From positions 1-32,297 of IMG/VR virus record IMGVR_UViG_3300029825_000758: a DNA stretch of 32,297 bases. One strand, given 5' to 3'. The stretch's first letter is position 1; each line of letters starts with the position of its first letter. This document shows positions 25,527 through 32,297 of the stretch, piece after piece. Made by a program: the position numbers and the translations under genes. Source of the DNA: a virus. Taxonomy: Duplodnaviria > Caudoviricetes. The notes under the pieces are model-generated. The model saw only the letters and a list, made by a program, of their open reading frames with translations, was not told where the DNA came from and did no database searches.

Positions 25527-26046
25527 TGTCGTTTATTTGACTGTTAAACAAACCTCTTTTTCCATCATCAAATGTAAAAAGCAAATATGCTAAATATTGC
25601 GAACTCCAATCCATGCGTTTGTTTTTATACATTTTGCGAATTAACTCCCGACATTCATTAGCTGAGTACCCCGTATCAAGGCGAGCGATATGTTCGTTTA
25701 TACTTTCCAGTTTAATACGTTTAATCGAAAGCAACACGGCACGTCCCCGGAATATATCGTTCAGATAGATATCATATCCCATTCCGATGGTATATTTTCT
25801 GTCATTCCACAGTCGTATTGAAGTGAATGCTTTTCCGTTAAGCTTACTATTCCAATTATATGAAAAGTTTAAACGGTAGTCTATCCATCTATTCAGCCGG
25901 AATACTTCTTTGCGTGCCTCTTCTTTTAGTATGAAAGTATTGACCTTTTCACCGGTGAATCCGTTTGAATTCTCCGATTTTCGCCAACGTAACACACACC
26001 AGATTGTGCCGTCACGCTCAAAAGTATATTCCGGCTGTTGATTCAT
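25513..26046 (-). CDS. ASCH/PUA-like domain protein
   Basis: LNFSYNWNSKLNGKAFTSIRL...ARLDTGY resembles the ASCH GxKxxTxR and AxxDG elements; extra N-terminal module. Confidence 0.5.
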   Translation of the reverse strand: MNQQPEYTFERDGTIWCVLRWRKSENSNGFTGEKVNTFILKEEARKEVFRLNRWIDYRLNFSYNWNSKLNGKAFTSIRLWNDRKYTIGMGYDIYLNDIFRGRAVLLSIKRIKLESINEHIARLDTGYSANECRELIRKMYKNKRMDWSSQYLAYLLFTFDDGKRGLFNSQINDNDGL

Positions 26047-26564
26047 GCTTCCTGTTCTTCTTTTTTCAACTCAATGAAAAACGTTTCATCTTGCACCACA
26101 GAGATACCGCATTTTGAAAAATTCGCAGAAACTTCATCCGATTCACGATCGGCAAGTAACTTATCTTTTGCAGGTTCTTCACTTACGCGTACGTATTCCG
26201 GCATAAATTCCTTTAAAAGATTTAATACAGCCCCCCAGGTGAAACCTTTGAGGGTTTTCAATTTAGGTGTACCCGTCCGGAACCCGAACATTCCATGCGA
26301 TCCTTCCATCGATTTCTTCTTTGAGAAAAGATCATCTTTGTGTTCAACCGCAAATGCCTGAATGATTTCGAAGGACTTATCCTTTTGCTCTGTCAATCTC
26401 GATACTTCATCTGCATTCCGCTCTCGGATTTTCGTAATCTGCACATCCATTTGCGCATTAATCTTTTGCAGCTTTGCGTCGGAAGTTGCATACTCGGCAA
26501 ATGCCGTTTCCATTTGTTCACTCGATACACCGGTGTGTATCACTTTTTTTACTCTTTTTGCCAT
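26043..26564 (-). CDS. gam: Host-nuclease inhibitor Gam
   Basis: 173 aa, coiled-coil N-terminus, KKKSMEGSHGMFGFRTGTP, GISVVQDETFFIE. Confidence 0.92.
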   Translation of the reverse strand: MAKRVKKVIHTGVSSEQMETAFAEYATSDAKLQKINAQMDVQITKIRERNADEVSRLTEQKDKSFEIIQAFAVEHKDDLFSKKKSMEGSHGMFGFRTGTPKLKTLKGFTWGAVLNLLKEFMPEYVRVSEEPAKDKLLADRESDEVSANFSKCGISVVQDETFFIELKKEEQEA

Positions 26565-26575
26565 AGAATCATCAT

Positions 26576-26740
26576 TTAATTTGTTTTCAATTTTTTGACC
26601 TTAATTTTTAATTCGACTTTATATTCTTTACCTTCTTCATAAGTTATTATACTTGATACTTTTTCATAGTATTCATTGCTCTCTAACCATAATTGGAGAA
26701 ATGCTCTCATTCCTATTGCAATCCCTTCTTTAACTTTCAT
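26576..26740 (-). CDS. Small hypothetical protein
   Basis: Fills the gap in the operon; start reassigned to MKVKEG at 26740. Confidence 0.55.
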   Translation of the reverse strand: MKVKEGIAIGMRAFLQLWLESNEYYEKVSSIITYEEGKEYKVELKIKVKKLKTN

Positions 26741-26954
26741 AACCAGGCATATTTTGAATAGTAAAAACCCCGTATTTCTTATCTTTCCGTTCCCCGGCAA
26801 GGCAGGGAATCAAATTACAATCAACTTTATCATTTCGTACCCACCAGCACTTATTGCACGTATATTTATTCATTTTTTTTGCCTCGAATGTCGTTGCGAT
26901 TCCGTCAATGTTTACCGTGTTCTGATCTGCACTTACCTCTATTTCCATATCCAT
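26730..26954 (-). CDS. Small Cys-containing hypothetical protein
   Basis: CNKC...C...C.. ERKD motif; operon packing. Confidence 0.65.
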   Translation of the reverse strand: MDMEIEVSADQNTVNIDGIATTFEAKKMNKYTCNKCWWVRNDKVDCNLIPCLAGERKDKKYGVFTIQNMPGYES

Positions 26955-26958
26955 AAAA

Positions 26959-27420
26959 TCAATTTTGATTCTCTTTGCGCAATGCCGGCCATATAAGGCC
27001 CCGTTTCAATTCCGTCCATTCTTTCGTGTTTTTAGTGCCGAAAGTTCTGTACAAAGCCTTTAGCTTATTTAAGGGGATATTGTTGAAATTAGTGACCTTT
27101 GCAGCATGGCAGGCAACGGACTTGACATATTGCATGGTGGGCTTTTCTTTATTATCCTTCAGAAAGGAGAATAATACAGCAATTAGCCGTTTCCGGGCAA
27201 TATTCAGTTCTTCCGTCGATTTCCGGATTAGTTCCTGCTTCATTTGCCGATACTCAGATGGATAGTTGGTATACAGTTCCGAAAGGCTTGCCGTCCGACC
27301 ACAAGAGTATTCCATAATGATCCCCTCACGGATCACCTTTTCATAGTCTTTATTAAAACCTTCCATGTTCTTCACACAGAGGAAAAACCATGCATGTAAT
27401 TTTGTTGTTTTAGTTTCCAT
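26959..27420 (-). CDS. Hypothetical protein, GemA-like position
   Basis: RKRLIA...VKSVACHAA...FNNIPLNKLKALY pattern; start reassigned to METKTT at 27420. Confidence 0.6.
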   Translation of the reverse strand: METKTTKLHAWFFLCVKNMEGFNKDYEKVIREGIIMEYSCGRTASLSELYTNYPSEYRQMKQELIRKSTEELNIARKRLIAVLFSFLKDNKEKPTMQYVKSVACHAAKVTNFNNIPLNKLKALYRTFGTKNTKEWTELKRGLIWPALRKENQN

Positions 27421-27431
27421 ATTGTGAATCT

Positions 27432-27632
27432 TTAGTAATTGTCTTTCCCAACCAATTCGGCATGTACCCTTTTCGTTTTTCCGGTTAATCCGGATATATT
27501 CCGCAATTCCCTCGACCAATCCCTAAGCATTGTAAATGCTTTGCCACCACTCACATATCCGTTCCTTTCCAAATCATTGATTATTTCCTGAATAAATAAT
27601 CTGTCGTTAATGTAATCTTGAATCTGCATCAT
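27432..27632 (-). CDS. Small hypothetical protein
   Basis: Co-oriented, fills the gap, A-rich start context. Confidence 0.65.
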   Translation of the reverse strand: MMQIQDYINDRLFIQEIINDLERNGYVSGGKAFTMLRDWSRELRNISGLTGKTKRVHAELVGKDNY

Positions 27633-27642
27633 TTTTTAAATA

Positions 27643-28272
27643 TTAAATAATTGAACCATGATATATTTCACTTTTTTCTTCATCAATCACAATTTCACCA
27701 CCAGGTGAAAATCGTGAGGTAACGAAAGCTTTCAACCCCTGAACATGGAAGATTACTTTCGACATCTTCTTTGCCATCCGTGCAATAGCCGGATAAGCTT
27801 CTTTCCTTTCTTCGTGAGCCACGAAAATGATCAGCTTGGACGGCAGTGCATCTACAAGCTTTCTTTTTATTTCCGATGGTTTTATTTCGTCGGAATACAT
27901 TGTGAGGTTGTCGATCACTATGATATTGGCCGATCGCTGCTTTTTGAATTTGTCTATGATTTCATCTATAGATAAATACTCATCCCATAAGATATCGTCT
28001 GCCGTGGTAATCTCGGCACGCCTGATGGCGCCGGTGAAACTATCATCCAAACCCTCTTCAGCGGATATATAGGCAACGCGCTCATGCTTGGCGATCTCTT
28101 TTGCCAACTTCAATGCAAACCACGTTTTACCGTTCTTTTCGTAACCGTAGATAATCCAACATCCCTTGCGTTCTGCATTTCCGATAACCGATTGGAACAC
28201 CGGATCAGAAAAATAAACCAACGCGTTTTTTTTCTTTTGAAACAGGTCTGATGTTGTCTTACTCCGAGACAT
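27643..28272 (-). CDS. RecA/RadA-like P-loop ATPase
   Basis: Walker A GYEKNGKT, YISAEEG, Walker B IIVID, IFVAHE. Confidence 0.88.
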   Translation of the reverse strand: MSRSKTTSDLFQKKKNALVYFSDPVFQSVIGNAERKGCWIIYGYEKNGKTWFALKLAKEIAKHERVAYISAEEGLDDSFTGAIRRAEITTADDILWDEYLSIDEIIDKFKKQRSANIIVIDNLTMYSDEIKPSEIKRKLVDALPSKLIIFVAHEERKEAYPAIARMAKKMSKVIFHVQGLKAFVTSRFSPGGEIVIDEEKSEIYHGSII

Positions 28273-28278
28273 ATACCT

Positions 28279-29172
28279 TTATGCGTTATGCAGTAACAGC
28301 AGCGATTCGGCACGCCTTAACCCCGAAACGGCACCATTGATGTTTACCAGGCTTTTCTTCACCAATTCGTTCAACATGCTTTTGTCTTTTATATTGGCGG
28401 AAAGAACATCGCGAATCAGTTTGTCGTAAAAAGCGTATTTCTCGTTTTTCTCGACCGGGACAATTGAACTGAAGTTCTCGGAAAAGCGGGAAAACAGTTC
28501 CGCATAATAATCCTTATCCTTCGATACGCCTGTGCTGATCTTATTGCGCAGTGCGTTGGCCCCTATCATATACCAACCGACCAGCCCTTCGGTTGCATTC
28601 CAATATTCTTGAACCAACCCCAGTGCATCCTTATCCAAAGCGCCGGCTTCATCAATGATGATTACCGGGCTTTCCAACATGGATAAGTAGTATTTTGTAT
28701 TTTCTTTGATATCTACGAATTTTCCTTTGACTTCAACCCCAACAATACGAGCCAAAGCTTTGATAAACTCGTTTTTTTTCTTCGATTGCGTACAATCGAC
28801 ATAAAAGCAGTTTTTCAGCTTTTTAGAAAGATATTTAGCCGTAAAAGTCTTGCCTATACCGCAATTATCCACAAAAATCCGGCTTTTCGAATACTGTTTG
28901 CAGAACATCACCTCTTCGCGTATCTGAAGGAACACATCCGTTTCGACGATATTCCATTTTCGCGTATTGGTTGTAATCCCCATTTCCCGGCCAAGCCTTA
29001 ACCATGTTGTATTAGGCAGCAGCTTTTCCCGTTCGCCGTTTTTTAGCCTGTTGAATACCGACGGATTGATATCCATCGAGCGTGCAAAAGCAGTATCGGA
29101 ACCACCAAAATTATCACGCAGCGTTAATAGTTCGGAAACTACCTTGTCTTTGAATGAATTTGTTATTTCCAT
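28279..29172 (-). CDS. MuB-like transposition AAA+ ATPase
   Basis: N-terminal HTH (FARSMDINPSVFNRL), Walker A CGIGKT, Walker B IIIDEAG, ELFSR arginine finger; follows the transposase. Confidence 0.92.
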   Translation of the reverse strand: MEITNSFKDKVVSELLTLRDNFGGSDTAFARSMDINPSVFNRLKNGEREKLLPNTTWLRLGREMGITTNTRKWNIVETDVFLQIREEVMFCKQYSKSRIFVDNCGIGKTFTAKYLSKKLKNCFYVDCTQSKKKNEFIKALARIVGVEVKGKFVDIKENTKYYLSMLESPVIIIDEAGALDKDALGLVQEYWNATEGLVGWYMIGANALRNKISTGVSKDKDYYAELFSRFSENFSSIVPVEKNEKYAFYDKLIRDVLSANIKDKSMLNELVKKSLVNINGAVSGLRRAESLLLLHNA

Positions 29173-29174
29173 AT

Positions 29175-31247
29175 CTAAAATGTATTTAATAATGAGCGTT
29201 TAAATGACGTTTGATTGTTATTTAAAACGATGCCGTTCTCCGGTTCATCGTTTACACTTTCCAGTACTTTTGCCGGATTGGGATTAGGCACATAGCCGGC
29301 GGGCGAATAGCCGTTCGGATCGACAATTTTGAATGAATTTCCAATGGTTACCGGTCGATTGTCTATAATCGTCAGTTTGTCCAATTCATTTTTCTGTCTT
29401 CTACCAAAGCTTTCGATAGTATTGACATATTTGGACATTAGTTCCCGGTTCAGTAAATCTTCTTTGGTTTGTTCTATTCGTGCACGTTGGTATCCCGGTT
29501 GCGGAATGGCTTCACAAACAAACCGCCCGTCAATATAAATGTGCGCTTTCAATACGGCCCCGAAATTATCATCCAACCAGTAAATATTTACATTTCTTCC
29601 TTCTACTTGCTGCATCATCTTGATCAGTTTGTCTCCGGTACAGATCACACCATCCATTCCCAAAAGAAATTTATCGTTTCTAAAGCGGACAATACCGGTA
29701 TTTACGGATGATTCTTCTTTGAATCCCAGATAAGGAAGTATTCCGTGATAATTGATAGGACGAAGGTTGGGGTTTTGCATCGCCAGAAAGACATCCCATC
29801 GCGACAGGCCTTTTATTTTACTGTGTTCGGTATTGTTCCAGCTCTGAATGTCGTTCAAGCAACCTTTTACAATCTCATCGAAAGGAACGATTGTCTTTTT
29901 ATCTGTACGTGCCTGGTTAGATTCGTTCAGGGCGAATGGCCGCGCCAACCAACCTTCCCGCTTTTTTTCGTATTGATACCTCAAAGGCCTGTAATATTGT
30001 TCTATCCGTTTGCCTCGTGCATTGTTCGCCTCAATCCTTACAAACTGGAACATATTACCTTCCTTAAGGAATGTGTCGGTAAAGCTGGCGTTCAGGTTCA
30101 ATTCGCCTTCGAGTTCCGCCGGAAGGCTAAGCCCCCACATGGCATAGTTCCGCACCATCTGACGGTAAAATTCCTGTATAATTCCTTTCTTTGACGTTCC
30201 GTACACCCAGCACGTGAATGCTTCACTACCCAAGTCGATTCCATTATAAAACCACATCCTTTTGCCGTCCTCGTATTCAAAAACTGGATTCCGGTCATCT
30301 ACTGAAATGATTGATCCAGCAAATTGGGGTTGCAATAATTTGTGATAAGGTTTGAACATAGCCATATATCGTTGACGGTCACCGCTACGTGCGAGATAGT
30401 TTCCTATTTTGTTTTCCCATTTAGATAAATGATTGTAAACTGTCGCCGGACTCAACTTTTTGAAGTCTTTCGGGTTATACACCTCACCGGTTGTTTCGTT
30501 GATTACTTGTACGTAACCCGCTAAAAAGCCATCGTAAGTTTGCGCTACTTCAGCGTACGTTGGTTTATGTTCCATTTTTCCGAACATATTATTAAGTAGA
30601 TCAAGATGTTCATCATCTACCTTAAGCGCATTTACTTGCCGATGTCCTTTATGGATAAGGAAGCCATATCCTTCTTTTTGGTACCCATTGTATTTATCAC
30701 GTAAACGTCGTTCATTATCCGGGAGATCATGACCAACGACTTCTTTGAACCGTTTGCATTCGGTATTGATAATTGTCCATATAGGTCTCACCTCGCCTTT
30801 CATTTCTTTCCGTAATTTTCGGCGAAGGCTGTAAATTTTTCCGCACGTATTCAATACGGAAGCATTAATCGTGTATTCATCGATTTTGTCGCGATCTAAT
30901 CCGAATTGGTCTTCAAATTTGTATGTTGAATAAAAGTAAAATGCATCCATATCCCGGATATAGTATTTTTCAAAAAGTGTCTGTAAGGCTTGTTTTTCAG
31001 CCTTACCCCATATATTGACAATTGCTGCTTGCCATTTATGAGGCAAACTGTCAAAGGAAACCAACATTGGGGTATTTGGTGCCTGAGGCCTTATTCGTAT
31101 TATTTGTTCACGCTCGATTCTCCTTTGAAATCCACGTTCACCAATCAGGCATAAACTATCCGGATGAGCGTTTTTGCCGCTGAACAAGAAGCGGCCTTGT
31201 ACGCCTAATTTGTTTTCGTAATATTCGTATGGACTTTCTTTTTGCAT
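29175..31247 (-). CDS. Mu-like DDE transposase
   Basis: 690 aa; ISVDD...GIDLGSEAFTCW...NARGKRIE integrase-core pattern; upstream of the MuB-like gene. Confidence 0.88.
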   Translation of the reverse strand: MQKESPYEYYENKLGVQGRFLFSGKNAHPDSLCLIGERGFQRRIEREQIIRIRPQAPNTPMLVSFDSLPHKWQAAIVNIWGKAEKQALQTLFEKYYIRDMDAFYFYSTYKFEDQFGLDRDKIDEYTINASVLNTCGKIYSLRRKLRKEMKGEVRPIWTIINTECKRFKEVVGHDLPDNERRLRDKYNGYQKEGYGFLIHKGHRQVNALKVDDEHLDLLNNMFGKMEHKPTYAEVAQTYDGFLAGYVQVINETTGEVYNPKDFKKLSPATVYNHLSKWENKIGNYLARSGDRQRYMAMFKPYHKLLQPQFAGSIISVDDRNPVFEYEDGKRMWFYNGIDLGSEAFTCWVYGTSKKGIIQEFYRQMVRNYAMWGLSLPAELEGELNLNASFTDTFLKEGNMFQFVRIEANNARGKRIEQYYRPLRYQYEKKREGWLARPFALNESNQARTDKKTIVPFDEIVKGCLNDIQSWNNTEHSKIKGLSRWDVFLAMQNPNLRPINYHGILPYLGFKEESSVNTGIVRFRNDKFLLGMDGVICTGDKLIKMMQQVEGRNVNIYWLDDNFGAVLKAHIYIDGRFVCEAIPQPGYQRARIEQTKEDLLNRELMSKYVNTIESFGRRQKNELDKLTIIDNRPVTIGNSFKIVDPNGYSPAGYVPNPNPAKVLESVNDEPENGIVLNNNQTSFKRSLLNTF

Positions 31248-31272
31248 AATTATTAGCGCTCCTATATAACCT

Positions 31273-31695
31273 TTAGGAAAACATTTTTTCTAATTCATCG
31301 TAGCTACTAATGATGCCATCGTAAATTTTATACATTAGTTCAGGTTCCTCAGACGAAAACTGAAGGACATAAACAACTTTTCCGGCTCCCTTCATCCAAC
31401 CGGCCTCAGTATGTGCTGATCTTCCACAAGGAAGAACCATAATACAGATGTTTGCCCATTCCATCGCGTTAAAATCTGATTTAAATCCAGAAACAGCTAA
31501 GGGATGATTTAATGCTTCTCGATATTGTTTTGTATTCCAATTTTGCCAATTTTTATCTATCCATGCCCACGAAAAACCGGTGCGACCCGATGGATTTTTA
31601 AAATCATAGACCTCATGTCCCCAACGCTGAAGGGCTTGGACAACGATATTCTGAATCTCATTTCTCCAACTACTGGCTACGTAAATTTTACACAT
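31273..31695 (-). CDS. Nucleoside 2-deoxyribosyltransferase (NDT)-fold protein
   Basis: KIYVASSW...GHEVYDF...DFNAMEWANICIMVLPCGRSAHTEAGW; putative catalytic Glu retained. Confidence 0.75.
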   Translation of the reverse strand: MCKIYVASSWRNEIQNIVVQALQRWGHEVYDFKNPSGRTGFSWAWIDKNWQNWNTKQYREALNHPLAVSGFKSDFNAMEWANICIMVLPCGRSAHTEAGWMKGAGKVVYVLQFSSEEPELMYKIYDGIISSYDELEKMFS

Positions 31696-31706
31696 ATCTT
31701 ATTGGT

Positions 31707-31907
31707 TTAAAGCTGATCGTTGTATATTTCAAACTCAGGGACTTCATCACCAAAAAAATTGGGAAATGCCTTTACAAGTTTCCGCTTATTACCATTGTCC
31801 GCCTTATAGAAAAGTTCGGCCAGTGCCATATTGAAAGAACCTTCACCGGTTCTTGTGCCATTTCGCATTTGCATGAACACGCTCTCTCTTTTAGTTTCAG
31901 TTTTCAT
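31707..31907 (-). CDS. Small hypothetical protein
   Basis: GSFNMALAELFYKADNGNKRKLVKAFP; operon packing. Confidence 0.7.
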   Translation of the reverse strand: MKTETKRESVFMQMRNGTRTGEGSFNMALAELFYKADNGNKRKLVKAFPNFFGDEVPEFEIYNDQL

Positions 31908-31914
31908 AATTCAT

Positions 31915-32097
31915 CTATTTAAAATTACGTTTCAAATTATCCATTGTCCCTTTCCGGTCTGCATGAATCAGTATCAAGGTAGATGCCGCAAACCAAGCAA
32001 ATCCAACCATTACCGCCCAAAACGGCGATCGTTCCGCATCAACGCATAGTCCGAAGATGCTCAAACTCCAATTAAATAGAATGATCTTTGCTTTCAT
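31915..32097 (-). CDS. Small membrane protein
   Basis: Two hydrophobic segments; ATGA overlap with the upstream gene. Confidence 0.65.
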   Translation of the reverse strand: MKAKIILFNWSLSIFGLCVDAERSPFWAVMVGFAWFAASTLILIHADRKGTMDNLKRNFK

Positions 32098-32297
32098 GCT
32101 GTTATCAATGTTTTTCGTTCGATTATTTCCAATGCGTCAATAGCATCTTTCACTATACTTTGCGCGAGCTCTGTGTTTCGCTCACGATCTCCTTTTAATA
32201 CCCTCCGAACGTAATCGTCAGAGCATTTGTATTTCCGGGCCAATGCCGCAACTTTCAAATCTTTAATTTCTGTACTTGTAAAAATTTTTGTCGCCAT
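32094..32297 (-). CDS. Ner/Cro-like HTH regulator
   Basis: VAALARKYKCSDDYVRRVLKGDR HTH; first visible gene of the early operon. Confidence 0.7.
   Translation of the reverse strand: MATKIFTSTEIKDLKVAALARKYKCSDDYVRRVLKGDRERNTELAQSIVKDAIDALEIIERKTLITA

Larger units (their letters stand above)
1021..32297. mobile_element. Mu-like transposable prophage (contractile-tailed), Bacteroidota-type; ends not identified, may extend beyond both given limits
   Basis: DDE transposase, MuB-like ATPase and Gam together with Mu-type portal, gpF, gpG, gp36, sheath, tube, tape measure, baseplate, lysis genes and a terminal methyltransferase. Confidence 0.93.

Noticed and set aside
26870-28780. Other 8-nt homopolymers (about 26873, 28226, 28772) as phase-variation sites
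   Set aside because: All are in frame in intact genes and are expected from Lys codon runs

Overview
The window is almost entirely a Mu-like (transposable) prophage with a contractile tail. Bacteroidota-type promoter elements, A-rich start contexts and the gene families point to a Bacteroidota host. From right to left it contains four blocks. (1) An early/middle operon on the minus strand: Ner/Cro-like HTH, NDT-fold protein, DDE transposase, MuB-like ATPase, a second ATPase, Gam, ASCH-like, HAD, DUF2786 and a small putative activator. (2) A lipoprotein moron. (3) A plus-strand packaging/neck operon (TerS, TerL, gp36-like, portal, gpF, gpG, gp37-like) transcribed divergently from a minus-strand capsid-tail-lysis-baseplate-tailspike operon. 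(4) A D12-class adenine methyltransferase in the 'mom' position and a convergent AbiTii-like gene. The prophage ends and the repressor are not visible. The most notable signals are non-coding or recoding features. There is a probable ~130-nt pseudoknotted RNA antisense to the methyltransferase leader. A canonical -1 slippery site could fuse portal to gpF, and an SD-stimulated -1 site lies in the tail chaperone gene. An A9 tract splits the baseplate hub gene. Two divergent late promoters sit symmetrically around one dyad, and 11-bp-phased TTTAAA clusters recur at module boundaries. All family assignments come from motif recognition and synteny, not database searches.
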